Shown here one piece after another: positions 14,190 through 28,457 of a stretch of 64,000 nucleotides of DNA (the stretch's first letter is position 1; the number at the start of each line of letters is the position of its first letter). The translations under genes and the position numbers were made by a program. The stretch covers positions 38,876,001-38,940,000 of the forward strand of contig NC_087436.1 in NCBI RefSeq assembly GCF_036321535.1. The letters are read 5' to 3'. Below the pieces are notes generated by a model, which ran no database searches, was not told the origin of the DNA, and was given only the letters and a program-made list of their open reading frames with translations. The stretch is from Camelus dromedarius. Lineage: Eukaryota.

Positions 14190-15165
14190 GGGACAAAAAC
14201 AGACACAGATTAATAGAACAGGATAGAGAGTGTAGAAATAAATCCATGCACTTATGGTCAATCAATCTATAACAAAGGAGGCAAGAATATAAAATTGCTG
14301 GGAAAATTGGACAGCTACATGTAAAAAAAAAATGAAATTAGAACATTCTCTAACACCATATACAAAAGTAAATTCAAAATGGATTAAAGACCTAAATATT
14401 TAATACTGGACACTATAAAACTTCTAGATGAAAACATAGGCAGAACACTCTCTGACAAATTGCAGAGATATTTTTTGGATCCATCTCCTAAAGCAAAGGA
14501 AATAAAAGCAAAAATAAACAAATGGGAACTAATTAAACTTAAAAGCTTTTGCACAGTTAAAGGAAACCATCAACACAAAGAAAAGATAACCTACTGAAAG
14601 GGAGAAAATATGTGCAAATGATATGACTGATAATGGATTAATATTTAATATATATGTAAATAGTTTATAAAACTCAACATCAAAAAAACAAACAACCCAA
14701 TTAAAAAATGAGCAAAAGACCTGAATAGACTTTTTTCCAAAGAGGAAATGCAGATAGCCAAAAGGGACATGAAAAGACATTCAACATTGCTAATTATCAC
14801 GGAAATGTAAATTAAAACCAAGATGAGATATCACTTCACACCTGTCAGAAGGGCCATCAAGAAGAACACAAATAAGAAATGTTCATGACAATATGGAGAA
14901 GAGGAAGCACTTGTACACCATTGGTGGGAATGTAAATTGGTGCAGCCACCGTGGAAAACAGTGTGGAGGTTTCTCTAAAAACCCAAAATAGTACCATATG
15001 ATTCAGCAATTCCACTCCTTGATATGTAACTAGAAAAAAACAAAAATACCAATTTGAAAAGATGCATGTACCCCAATGTTCATAGCATTATTATTTACAA
15101 CAGCCAAGCTATGGAAGCAACCTAAGTGTCCATCAACAGATGAATGGATAAAGAAGATGTGGTAA
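14190..15165 (+). mobile_element. L1 ORF2 3' fragment
   Basis: L1 ORF2 late-region sequence (AATTCAAAATGGATTAAAGACCTAAA ... GATGAATGGATAAAGAAGATGTGG). Confidence 0.9.
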
Positions 15166-15467
15166 GTAAATGTACAATGGAAAGTACATCTAGGATAAAT
15201 TAAACTTGGATTGTGTTTTGCCATTTACCAAGCTCTTTCACATACATGACCTTATCTCATCTTTACAGCAATGCTGCCATGCAGGCACTATTTTCATTCC
15301 TGATTTTCAGATGATAAAACTGAGTCTCAGAGACTCGTTTCCCCTCTTGTAATCTGCAGAGTTGTCACTTAAACCCAAGTCTTCGCACATCAAATCTGGT
15401 ATACTTCTCATTGCAAAATAATTCCATTCTCTAAGATTCCAAATGTTCAGGCTTTTATTGTATAAAT

Positions 15468-15619
15468 CAGTAATTTTCAAAGTGTGGTTCCTGGATCAGC
15501 AGCATCAGCATCAGCAGATGAAAATGCAATTCTTGGGCTGCATGCCTGATCTACTGAGGGTCTGAATGTTTTATTAGCCCTCCATTTTTCTGATGTACCC
15601 TAAAGTTTGAGAACCACTG
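15468..15619. mobile_element. MER5A-like hAT-Charlie MITE
   Basis: TIR-like ends CAGTAATTTTCAAAGTG ... AAAGTTTGAGAACCACTG and internal CAGCAGCATCAGCATC. Confidence 0.75.
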
Positions 15620-16859
15620 ATCTAAGTCATTGCTCTTTTCTTCTAACTGCTTACAATTCCAATATTAAAAAGAAATAAGACATAGCCACACAAAGCCATT
15701 TAACTAATGATTCAATGATTACAGTAATATTTTTATTAGAGAGATCCCTAGAAATCTGACCAGTGAACTCACTGAAAATTCTGTTCTCTAATTATTTAGA
15801 TTTTTCATCTCAACAAAAGCATAACACGTTCCATCTATACAGGGAAGAGAGAAGTCAAAACATGGGGGGTTTCAGATTGAGTTTCAACAGGGCAGAAGTA
15901 GGATCATCATGATGGTTTCCAGAGTTTCCTCTTCTTCTGTATTATCTATAATTGCTCAAGCAGGACTTTGAAAGATTAGCTCCCTTATCAGTCCTCCTCC
16001 TCCTCATAGATCATATCCTTGGAGAACACGTAAATTGCAAGAGGCCAGAATAATGAGGTTAAGTCCTCTCACAGTTGGAATAAAGACAAATTGGATGTGG
16101 CATGTCACAGGCTGAGAGGGGCAAAGAGAGCTGACATTTTATATGTTACAGATACTGCTTACTGGTCATTCTCCATGTTGTTTCTAGATCTGGGAGTAGA
16201 GGGCAAAGGTGCCCATCCTGATTTATCATCTAAATATGTCCCGATGGCTCGGATCAACATCCAGGAGCAGTTTGGAAGGGCAAAGATTCCTGACAGCTGC
16301 TGCGCCAGAGGTCTGACCGTCACTGTGCACTATCAGAACCAAGGGGTCAGTCCAGCTTTGGAAAAGGCCCAGGCGGAAGACTCTGGCAAAAAGCACCCCT
16401 GAGCCTGCAGTCTGCTCCACGTCTAGAGAGAGAGCAGCATTTCATAGGTGATTTAGGAAAGGAGGTGAAGCTAGTGGTGCTTTCATCAGAAACCAAAATC
16501 TAGGGAAGGGACAGGCCCCTGCTCAGCCCTAGGCCCTAGGCCTTCCCTGCTACTCTAGTTTGGAGCCTTCTCTAAACCTGGGTAAAGTCCAGCTTAGGAC
16601 GGGGCTGTTCCAGCTCCGCAGGGAAAGAGAGCTCCACTCTCCCTGGCAAGGGAGAGGCCCTCACAACCACCCTGCCACAGGCACAGTGAAATCTTTCTGG
16701 CCTGTGCCCTGCACCTTAGATGCCCCCAAGGGCTTTGAGGCCTGTGTCCTGGGGCACTTCTGGCAGGTGATTTCATGCTAAAAACGCCTTTTCTACAGAA
16801 TTACCAGAGGACAATTGTTGGCATTACAGAAAGGCCTTCTAGCAGAGTGGAAGGATGGC

Positions 16860-17085
16860 GGTCAGTGTTTATGGAGCAGCAACTACGTGCCACGCCCTTT
16901 CCACACATTAACTCATTTTATTCTTACAACAATCTCATTAAGTAGAAAATTTCATCCCCATTTTTTAGACAAGAAAACAAGGCAGAGAAAGGTTACTTAC
17001 TCAAAGTCAGGTGGCTTACAGGTGGCATAGCTAGAATCTGAACACAGGTTTGGCTTCAAAGTCCCTGCTCTCCTTACTACTGTGC
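16860..17085 (-). mobile_element. MIR SINE
   Basis: Core CCCATTTTTTAGACAAGAAAACAAGGCAGAGAAAGGTTA. Other MIR copies at ~3670-3800, 15230-15410, 28860-29100, 41250-41490. Confidence 0.7.
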
Positions 17086-18209
17086 TGTCACAGGAGAAGG
17101 GACCCAGTGGGCTAGTCACCGTCTCTGAGAGGCCACAGCAGGCCTTCCTGTGCGAGCTGCCACCCAGAGGTCAACGGTGATTACAGTGCAGATCTCACCT
17201 GTGCTGTCTTTCTTGGCCTGGAAACATACATCCTAATTACACTGTCCAGAGAGGAGAACCATTGTGCGCGTCTACCACCGCAGAAGCGGGTGGAGATCAA
17301 GGGCAGCTGAGTTGGACGTTTTTCTCAGGGATGATCATTATGTATGCTGCCTACCCCTCTTTCTCCATCCAAGCCTCCTTCCTCCATACTACTCCCATAC
17401 ATCCCAGTTAAACAGAAATCCATCAGTTTTGTTGTTGTTGTTATCTTCTTACATGAGGGGGAAAAATGCCTGAGGTGAGCTTTTTATTGCAAAGGTAACC
17501 CAACAGCATTTACTGCAATCTGCTTATTTCAGCAGGATCCTCTAAGTGCTCTCTTACTTGCCCTGAACAAGCTTGATATACAACACAGTCAATCATCAAT
17601 GATATTTCAGCCAGTTAATCATTCATTTGTGATTGCCTAAGTCATAAGAACTGAGTAACAGTAGAAGTTGCCACGTTGTTATCACTTCCCAATCTTTCAA
17701 CTCTGGCCACAGCAAGTTAGAAATTCTATTTCCCAAGAGACCAATGACAAGGAAAGAAGTCACCATCCTGACAGGAGGAACTGACGCAGAATAGCAGAAG
17801 GCTGGGTTGCTCTTACACAATGGGAGCAGGAAGAAATATGTTTGGTACCCAGATGGTCCACTGGAGCATCTTTTAGTATTTCTCTGCCAAATTTTGAAAG
17901 AAAATGGGTAAGTGCAGAAGCCACAGCAAGAGAAGGGCATGATGGGCTGGGTCCCAGGGCTCCTCAAGGAAAGCCCCTAAGGGCAAGGTGAATCTAGAAT
18001 GGGTAATAGAGGAGAGAGATTATAAGCATCAGTTGTGACCCCAAAGACAGCAACCACCATAGGACTAATAATTCATCCTACTAACTTTCCACTTTTTCCC
18101 AGAAAAAGAGACCAGTCACGATCCTGGAGGAGCTGTTCCCAGATGAGGTGAACTTGGCATATTAAGCAAGTTGATCCAAGCAGTGCAAGAGGTAGATTTT
18201 ATTAGATAC

Positions 18210-18678
18210 TGTGGTGTACTGACAAGAGTCATCTCCCACCACCCCAACCCTACTTACATGCAGAACCAAGGCACAAAGGCACTCATTCTCCAAGCTGTCA
18301 GGACTGTTCACTGCTGACAGTGCCAGCCCAGAGCTGGGTCCCTCCCCTGAAACTGTCCTGGGCCTAAGGGAGCTGCCTGGCTCAAGGTTATACACTCTCC
18401 CAGGGGCAGGCGGCATCCTATCAATTGGCCAGTGAGGGGGGACAAACATCCGGCCCCCTTTTCTAAGTAAGGACAACTCTGAAGGGCTATTCCAGTTCCA
18501 GACCTCCTCAGAGGACTGGCCAAGAACTTCGCTGCTACTGCACAGCAGATCGAGTTCTCCCCTGCCCAGTCCTACTGCCTTCATTCACAGGTGTTTCCCC
18601 AAGAGCACTCCCCATGAAACTCCATTCATTTAATTCTCTCTCTTCAAGTCTGTTTTTCAGGGTACCAACCTAAAATAG
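18210..18678 (+). mobile_element. ERVL LTR (LTR16-like)
   Basis: TGTGG start; CCTGCCCAGTCCTACTGCCTTC...ACAGGTGTT...CAAGAGCACTCC...AGTCTGTTTTTCAGGG...ACCTAAAATA end, typical of the LTR16 group. Confidence 0.5.
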
Positions 18679-19839
18679 ATGTGAATAGATGTAACCCCTA
18701 AATGGGGGACTTACTGAAGTTTACTGTCTCCCTTTTGCTTATCTGCATTTTTTTTATTTTTTAACAATAAACATGCATTACTTCTGTAGTAAAGAGCTAC
18801 ATCTACATATGCATATATATATACACATGTGTGTATATATTTTGGTGTGACCTACAACATTACAAAATGAAGAGAAGACTAAAACCAATACAAGCAGATT
18901 AAATATACTAGTGAAAAAGTTTGATAGACAAAAAGAAAACATCCTAGAAAAAAAATTATCAAAACTGACTCTAAAAACTTACAAAATATGTGAAGTATTA
19001 TTATAAAGAAATTATACTGTTATTATATATTATGCATTTATTAGATATATTACATGTTATATATACTATATTATTACATTACATATATTGTGTATACTAT
19101 AAATTATTATAATTTTAGAAGTTAAATTGTTATTTTAAAACTTTTCTCATGAAGAAGATACCAGCCTCAGACACATTCACAATCAGTGTTACCAAAATTC
19201 GACAGGAAAATATTTATTAATGAGGATATGGTCTAAGGAAACTGTCATGTACACTGTTTTAGGAAAGGTAAATTGATAGGTCACTTTGAAAATGTATTTT
19301 GTATTTTATTTCCCCTTATTTAAAAATCAATTTTAAAGTTTCTTTTCAATCCAAGTTTTATATGCACAGTTTGTCCTCCAGCAACATATTATTCTTTGTC
19401 TCTTTCATATATTTTCTGGAATGTTTCTTTATCACCTCTTTTATTAATTATTCCATTTCTTCCATCAAACTTTTTAATTTCCAAGAGCTGTTTTTTGGTT
19501 CTCTGTTCAATTTTTCATGGCATCCTGTTTTTGTTCCAGAGATAGAGATATTCTCTTATACTTTCGAGGATATTCATTATAGGTATATTCCTATTTTTAT
19601 TTTTGAGGCTTTCTACCTCCCAAATAAATCTAAAATCATTTCATCTATTTGTTTTGCTCTCTACCTTTCATATTAGAGAACTTTTTTCAAATGTCTCCTT
19701 GACTAAATGCTCATTTTTAAAGGCCTATGACTAAATGCCTGGTGAGCTTGTCAACTGTGAACTTCCCTGTAGGGTGATCTAGGTGGGCCACTTGTTGGGG
19801 AAAGTGCCATGTCATTTTCTTTAAGTCTTTCCACATAGG

Positions 19840-19993
19840 TTGGCTGAATCCGTGGATGTCCATATCCATCCAGGGATATGGAGGCACGGTGGATATGGAG
19901 GAACCATGAATACGGAGAATCAATATAAGTTATAAGTGAACTGACTGCACAGCAGGTCTGCTCCCCTAATCCTGTGTCGTTAAGGGTCAGCTG
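19840..19993. mobile_element. Tigger-derived MITE fragment (MER8/MER2-like)
   Basis: Ends GTGTCGTTAAGGGTCAGCTG+TA, a Tigger TIR plus TA target; abuts an ERVL-type LTR fragment at ~19995-20410. Confidence 0.55.
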
Positions 19994-22900
19994 TAGCTTA
20001 TTTGGGAGATTATCCCAGGAAACACTGGTAAAGGAGTAGGGGAGTAAGACAGGGAGGGAAAGGCAGGAAGTCCACACAAGGGTGAGTTAACAAGCAGATC
20101 ACTCCCATGAGCAACCGAGGCTGTTTCACTGGGACCTCTTGGAGATTGCCCAGAACATATCTTAAAGTCATCCTACCTGAAGGTCGAGGCAGCTTAGATA
20201 TTTATCTACCAGCTCCTGTCTATTACTAGTTGTGGGCTGCTCCTGGTGGCTTGGATTCCCTGGCACTTCCAGCATGTCCTGCCCGCAGGGACTAGGCGTG
20301 TTTCTTTAGAGGAAAGCCTAAAAGCAAAGCACCTCAGGTCCTTACAGCGGATGCCATCAGGGCTTCTCAGGAACAGTGAGCACCAGTGGGATAGGTCTGC
20401 TACCACACTACTCTACTTTTTAAACTAGAAGGGACTAAAATGGGATTTATTTGGTTATTCTTTCCAATATATATGCAAAATGTACTTTTTCATATCAATG
20501 CTAATGTTAATAAAATATTAAGTAAATGTTAATAAAAATATTAATGTTTCTTGAATTCCCATTTTATTCTTTATGAAATATTTGTTAGAAATGTGGACTT
20601 CATAATATGTGTTCATTTTCACTGACTTTCTGCTCACTTCCAGCAATGAGGCCATAGATTCCCTGGTGTCATTGGGCCCCAAATCATTTTTTGAACAAGT
20701 CAGCCTTTCACTGCAGGAGGGCTATTGTAATTAGATTTAAATATGGTCAATTATTTACCAGCAGGAACTGATTTGCAAGAACTCTTTAGACAGTATATTT
20801 TAGGAAAACATCATAGTGTAAAATTCAATTTAACTTATGTGTCTTTTTAATTATATAGATCATTTTTACACAGTAAGATTTTGGCTTTTGGGGTCTTAGA
20901 GGTCATATGCCTTGGGCTAAGACAACTTTTTAGATTATAATTAATTCAAACCTCAATTATTCTCTTCCAAGCAGGAATGGTTCTATAAAATGCATCTTTC
21001 TGTGGCCGGCATGTTACAGTTTAGTTTATTTAGTTTATTAGGCCAAATGTATTATAGGCTGTGCTTATGGAACAGGGTCATTCAACTGACCAAGGCAACT
21101 AGAGCTGACAACTGAACAATTTACAGAACAACACCTTGCAGTTGGACTCAAGAAGGAAACTCACTAATTTGTACCTGGTTACACAAATAGGCTGAAGGTG
21201 CCTGAACTGATTTTAGAGAATTATCTTTGACCACTCAAAATCACTGGAGCCAACTGCTCTGTATAAAGTAAGCTACACAGACAACAAATATTTACTGACT
21301 AAATTACCCCTTTAATAAATCAGCTTTAAAAAAAAAATTTTAAGATAAATTTCAACAACAAAAAAATACTCAATGCCTACAATGACATGCATATTTGTAT
21401 TCCTTGATATAAGGTTTGACTTAATCCTTTGTTAACAGCTACCTCCAAGGCAGCCAAAGGGTAATACAAACACTACAAAGGAGCTAACAATCCACTAGCT
21501 TGAAGGGCCCTTAATTTTTCTCTGAACAAGAGCAGGCTCACCATTCTACTTCTGAAGGTCTCTGTTTACACTGACAAACTGATCAGAAACTGTGGAATGA
21601 GCTGTTTCAGAACAGGTCACAAGAGCCGACTCTACACAGGAGGGGATGTAAGCAGAACAGAGGAGTTGGTCACATGACAACTTTCTATGGGACATTTCTA
21701 ACAGGAAAGTAGAATGCGGCTTCCTTCAATTTTACATACCCATTAGTGCTCAGGGCCTACTTAGTGAGGCATACCAATTTAGTATTCCCTTTGTAACTGC
21801 AAATATTTTCATTTAACAGTCATTCACAACCATCTCTTAAAATGAATTAATCATTAGCATTTGAGGATTGTCTTTTTTCTCCTTCATTCACAACCCCAAT
21901 AAATGAATGATTGGATTGATGAGTGGGTGGATGGGTAGATGGGTAACTATAATTTAAACTGATGCAACTATAATTTGACTAATGCAACAATATACAAAAC
22001 AAAACACATTTCAAAGTGAGCTGTTAGAACACAGAGCCTAAATTTCAACATAGATATAAAAGATGATGGAAACTGAGAGAATTTTTGAGGATTATATCAC
22101 TGGAAAGAAAAATGGGGGAACAATGATGAGGGTTGTTTGCAATGCACCTCAAGGCAGTCACAGAACTCAGTGAGTATCTCCTGCACTAATCCTGTCTTCA
22201 TTTAGAATTCTGATCTTATTCCTCATGCTTTTTTTGCATTACTATTTATTTTTTAAAGAATATTTCATTAAAATATTGTTCATCTTGATTGCTGAGTTTT
22301 TTGGCACCCTCTGTAATTCTGCACTCAAGGTGAATGTCTCACTACCTTCACCAAAGTCCCAGTCCTGATTGAGGGGCACAAGGTAATAACGTCTGACCCA
22401 CATCTGTACCTGCTAAAGCAACAGCAGGATATGGTTGGAGACTAGAAAGGTACTACACTCTTCTCTAATAATGGGTCAAAAGTATGGGAATTCTAGAGTA
22501 CTAGATGAAAACTAGTGGTAGGCACATCCACCTAGGGTCACTTAAAAAGGTATCCTGTCCAAGAAGGTTTGAAGGTCTGAGAAGTTTGAAGACAACCTAG
22601 GAGTAAGGGGCTTTGGGAAAAACTGGTGCAAGGCAGAAGTCAAGGGGCAATGGAGTACCACCTGAATGTAGGCACTACTACCTATGGAAAGTCAGACTGA
22701 GGGCCGGGGCAATCAGACAGGCCCCACCTCTCCACCTTCCTTCCAACTGCCCAATCCTAGAGGGTCAAGCAAGAAGGATTATAGCATACTCTTCCCTGAA
22801 GACTGCTGGTACGCCTGCAGCCAGACCCTGGAATGGAGAGGAGTGGGGAGGAGAAATCTTAAGTGAATGAAGAGCAAAGTATTCTTTAATAGTCAATAAA

Positions 22901-24744
22901 ACATTTCTAAATACTGAATTAAAAGTATGATTTTGATATTAAAGTGACCTTAAGACTCAAGGCCATGTTAAAAACTCCAGCGGCATCATTCCTATCATAA
23001 TCTGGGAGCTGGGCTCTAGGAGACTCATTTACAAAGATTACAATGCACATGGTGCCCCCTAGAGTTGTGCAACTTGGAGGCCCTGATAGGAGGTTTTATT
23101 ACTTGAATGGTCTGCAGGCACAGGAAAAAGAACTCCCAGTGAAAGATAAAGACAAAAATGAATTTGCATTTTAGTTAAACTCCATAAATTGTGCTTACTC
23201 AACTTATTGTTACAGAAAGATGGATGGGAGGAAGAATGGATGAACAAAAAAATAGATAGCACAAGGCAATTTAAGTTACTAAAGAGAATGGTTCTATTTA
23301 AATTAATCTGTCTCCTTAACAGGGAGATGTCTGAAGAAGCAAATTCCTACTGAAAAGGGTAGAAACATTCACTGGGGGCAAATTTCAACGTCTGATTGAC
23401 TGACGTTGTTTAGGGACTTTATCTGTATTTCAAAGGTTGGTCTCCCATACAGATGAGCCAGCTGAAAAGAGAATGCAGTGCCCTGATGCCCCTGGGAGAT
23501 ACCATATTCACCCGGTACAGGTGTTATCTGCCGTCCTGTTTGCTATGCTAGTCTCTGATACCATCAGGGCATTCCCAAATATCTGTGGTTATCTCTTCTC
23601 CAATCTCATTTCACCATCTTATTTTCAGTCCTCATTTCTCAGCAAGGTTACAGTAATATTTAATTATCCTTCTCTTCCAGATACGTCCCTCAAATCCTCC
23701 CTATATTTGGTGCCAAATGAAGCCCTCTAAAATACAAATCTGATCAAATGAAGATGTGTGTGGGTATCTATACATACACATATGTGAGTAAACACAAATA
23801 CATACCTATGTATTCATATACAAACATAATGTATATACATACATATTATACACATATATGCACATAGGAACACATGAAAATACACACACATACGTATGTG
23901 CAGCTGTGTACAAACATACACATATACTTAAAAGTAGAAGAACTGTACATAAACACTATAGTAATTATCTTCAGTTGGTGGGATTATGAATCCTCAATTA
24001 AATTTTTTCTTTATGCCTTTTTCTAAGTTACCTGCACTGACTGCTCATTAACCTACAATTTTTAAAAATTTCTTATGATATAGAAGAATATTTAATAAAA
24101 TGAGAAAATTTTAAGACAGTTGTTAGTTTTTAAAGCGTTTACAAACTAGTACGTATAGTATGATCCCATCTATTTATGTAAAATGTATATTTTATATAAA
24201 TGAATGGTGCATGTATTTACACCTATAAATAAACATACATAAACACTAGCTCTAATTACCTTGGGAGATGACATCTTGAACAATTTTTACTTTTCTTTTT
24301 ACTTGGCTGTATATTCAAAATTATCTACAATGAACATACACAGTTATGGCAGTCTCCCCACTAAGTGTGATTCTCTGTGGCAAGGAGATAAAGCTATTCA
24401 TAAAAGGTATAGCAAAGCCAATTGATACTTTTCCTAAAACCATTAACACGTTCTTGATTTCTGCAATATTACTTCTACCAAGCCTAAAAAGGAGCACTTT
24501 GGCAACATCGTTTTTTTCAATGAGATGAAAATTTGCTTCACTTCATTAAGGAGCCAAAGTCCCTCGTGGTATTCTATCAACTAGACATATCTGGGGCCAA
24601 TTATCTGCAATTAACTTTCTTTTGGAAAGCCTGCAAATGGGGGCTCCTCACCTGGGCTGCAAGGTAGGCAGGGAGTCAAATACTACATGACATAAGGTAA
24701 ACCCATGACCTTAGTACCAGAATAGAAAGCAGTAGGGTAAAGCA

Positions 24745-27000
24745 GGGATCGAGATGGCCAAGCAGGAGGTCGCACAGCTCACCTTCCCTCCACAAACACA
24801 TCAAAAATACTTCAACATGTGAAACAATTATCATGGAAAACTAATCAGAAACTGGCAGAAGAACTCCTATATAACCAGAGCTGCCAAAAAGATCTCTATG
24901 TAACTGGATGGAACAGAAAAAAAAAAAAAAAAGAAAAAAATGGGGGAAAAAAGGCAGGGGATTGGCACCTGCATCCCTGGGAGCAATCCAAAAGGAAGAA
25001 AAGGTCCACACGGGCAGACTCTTGCCCTAGGAAACAAGCAGATCAAGCCACAGTCTGGGCATCCCAGTCCTGGGATCCTACATGGAGGAAACAAGCCCCC
25101 TTGCCTGCTGGAAAATCCACTGAGACAGAGGAGCCTAGACTCTACTGGCAAGGAGTTCATGTGTGCTGGCTGACTAGCAATCAGGTGGAGAGAGCCTTGC
25201 ACTGGCAGCTGCCATCTCACCACACTTCTCAATCCAAAGGGGTAAACACCCCAGCCCCCCTCACTCCACACCACAGCATGGTGTGAGATCTGGGCAAAGA
25301 CTCAGTCTTGCTATGCACACACAAAACCGGGGCACCTAGGGAAGTGATCCAAGTGGAGCCACAAGGCCACTGTCAGTGCACATGTGGAACAGTGGGTGGA
25401 GCCTCAGGGACCACTGTCCGCGCACGTACAGGGAGGCGCCATGAGCGTGCACAGCGGTTAAGTGCTGGATCTCAGGCAGACAGGCCCTGGGAGAGGATCT
25501 GTGTCACTACAGAGACAGCCTGGAGGACTAGGGTGTGATCTTGGTGGGGCAGCAGCAGCCACTGTCAGTGTTTTCATGAGTACGCAGAGGTTCAGCTCCC
25601 AGTGAGAGCCTCCCAGCTCTGCCCACTCCACACTGCAGCTTAGCACTAGATCCAGGGCAGAAAGGTCCTGGGAGAAGACTGACACAGAGGCAGCCCAGAT
25701 CTCAGGCACAGCATACCTACCTTAACTCCTGCAGCCACAACACCCCAACCCCCAAGCCTAGCATACTCTACGTCACAGCCTTGCACCAGCACTGGGACAA
25801 ACACAACAGAGAAAGAGATGTGACTTTGGGCTGCTTCTGAGCAAAAACATGAATGGCCACACAGGTGGCACATAGGTCCTCTGTGATTGAGCAATCACTT
25901 CCTTTGGGGCAGGGCATACACTCAAGGGCAACAGAGCCTGATCAAAGCCAACCCTCAGGGTTTCTACTCCAACAACTGGGGAGCAGACCCTGTCCCTGAT
26001 CGACTGGCAACCAGCCCTTGCACCAAAAAACCTGGACATACACAGTCCACACAGGGACACTCCCAAGTAGAAACACCCCTTCAAGATCATAGTAGATAAC
26101 TGTTTCTCTTAAATTCATAGAGACAGAGAAAGTTAAGTTAACCGAAAAGGCAGAGGAACTACTCCAATGAAAAGAACAAGAGAAATCCCCTGAAAGAACA
26201 AATAATGAAACATACCTCATCAATCTACTAGACCCTGAGATCAAAAAAGTGTTAATAAAAATGCTAACTGAATTAAGAAAGATTATCTTCAATCACTGAA
26301 GCAAGGAACTAGAAACTATAAAGATGAACCAATCAAAAATAGACAATTTAATTGCTGAGATGAAAACCAATCTAGAAGCAATGAATAACAGACTAAATGA
26401 CAAAGAAGACTGAACAATGTTCATAGCAGCACTATACACAATAGCCAAGACATGGAACCAACCCAAATGTCTGTTGACAGATGACTGGATAAATAAGTTG
26501 TGGTGTATTTATACAATGGAATACTACTCTGTCATAAAAAAGAATAAAATAATGCCACTTGCAGCAACATGGATGGACCTAGAGATCATCACTCTAAGTG
26601 AAGTAAGCCAGAAAGAGAAAGGAAAATACCATATGATATCACTCATATGTGGAATCTTAAAAAAAAAAAAAAAGGACAGTGTGAACTCATCTATAAAACG
26701 AAAACAGACTCGCAGACTTAGTATTATGGCTACCAGGGAAAGGGGGTGGGAGGGGATAAATTTGAGAGTTTGAGATTAACAAATGTTAGCCACTATATAT
26801 AAAAGTAGATTTTTTAAAGTTTCTTTTGTATAGCACAGGGAACTATGTTTAATATCTTGTAATAACCTTTAATGGAAAAATGAAAACAAATATATGTATG
26901 TATATGCATGACTGGGACATTGTGCTGTACATCAGAGAGTGACACACTGTAATTGACTGTACTTCAATAAAAAAAAATTAAAATAAATAAATAAACTTAA
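24745..27000 (+). mobile_element. Internally deleted LINE-1 (5'UTR + start of ORF1 fused to end of ORF2 + 3'UTR/A-tail)
   Basis: 5' start GGGATCGAGATGGCCAAGCAGGAGG; ORF1 N-terminal remnant ~26150-26415; then directly MFIAALYTIAKTWNQPKC...MEYYSVIKKN...AATWMDLE; tail ACTTCAATAAAAAAAA at ~26960-26995. Confidence 0.9.
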
Positions 27001-27029
27001 TTACCTCCCCCCACTTAAAAAAAAAGTCT

Positions 27030-27320
27030 ACATATAATAAATGCTGCAGAGGGTGTGGAAAAAAGAGAACACTCATACATTGTTGGAAATGAAAATTAAT
27101 GCAACCACTATGGAAAACAGTATGGAGGTTCTAAACTAAAAAATAGAGCTACTATATGATCCAGCAATCCCACTCCTAAATATATATCTGGGAAAAAAGA
27201 AAACTCTAATTTGAAAAGACAGATGCACCCCAATGTTCACAGCAGGACTATTTACAGCAGCCAAGACACAGAAGCAACCTAAGTGCCCATCTACAAGTGA
27301 TTGCTATAAGAAGATGTGGG
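27030..27320 (+). mobile_element. L1 ORF2 3' fragment
   Basis: AATAAATGCTGCAGAGGGTGTGGA...ATATGATCCAGCAATCCCACTCC...AAGAAGATGTGG followed by (GT)n(TA)n. Confidence 0.85.
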
Positions 27321-28457
27321 GTGTGTGTGTGTGTGTGTGTATTCCATTATATATATATATTCTTTTTTGATCACTAGAAAGCTATTCCTTTGAGATGAGC
27401 TGGCAACATCATACTGCCCCTCCTCACGGTATCTCTGGACTTCATGATGATACTAATGTTTCCCTGGTTATCATGAATCAGCTGTTCTTCCCTCTTAATG
27501 CTGAGACCTTTAGAAGGTCACTACACCTGGGAGAAGTAGACTTACCTGACCCATTCTTGGTGGTTCAGGGTGGGCCTCTTCGAGCACTGTGACCAAGCTG
27601 TGAGCTGAAGCAACAGAAAGCAAGCACATTCAAGAGACGGAGGACTGTAAGGTTTAGATCTCAGAGTACACAGTAAGGAACGGCAAGAGACTGGAGATAA
27701 AAGTGGGGGCTTGGGAAGCCACGTTAAGGAACATGGCTTGCATTTTCTCTTAGAGGAATGGGATAGGGATGTGCAGGAGCTTCTGCTGATTTCCACTCCT
27801 TCCATCAACATCACTCACTGGCTGACAGAGACTACAGAGTTCAGACAGAGAAAATAACTCTACCTCCATGGCAGCTGAACCCACATGTCCATGCACCCCC
27901 AATCCACTCACTTTCCCAAGCTGCAGGAACCTAAACCCTCTAGTATTATCAAAGAAGAAAATAAAGGATTGGCTCTGCCCTCAGCTGGTTGGCCCAACTC
28001 TATCACCAGCGTGAGAGGTCTGTAGGGAAACTGGTCCATAGGTTCACTGCAACTTTTTCTAGATGGGCTCCAGGTAAGTGATAAGAATTGGGGAACTACA
28101 GGGTTGGGGAGCAGCAGAAGGAAAAGTGTAATGTTAAAAATTTGATCTGGTAATAAAAAAAAATAATAATCCAGTGATGTCATTCTACAGAGAGAACAGG
28201 GATTCCTAACCGACTTTAAATTAGGTTACTGCCACTGATAAATAGAACACTGAAAGTTTCACATGTCCATTCTGTTAGCAGGTTTGCATGAGTCCAAGGA
28301 CTATCTGCTTCTACCTGATTCTATTCTGGTCTTCTTGAGAAGCTCAAGGTAACCATGAGATAAGGGGTAAACTCCTGTTTGGAAGGCACTGTTAGGTAAA
28401 CAATGGTAAGAAGCCATTCTTGGTTCTTCCTTCCCACCTTCCTGAGTCAGGCACTTT

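Noticed and set aside
23750..23930. Low-complexity (TA/CA) tract, and (CA)/(TG) runs at ~8494-8520, ~8792-8822, ~27321-27360
   Set aside because: Ordinary microsatellites.
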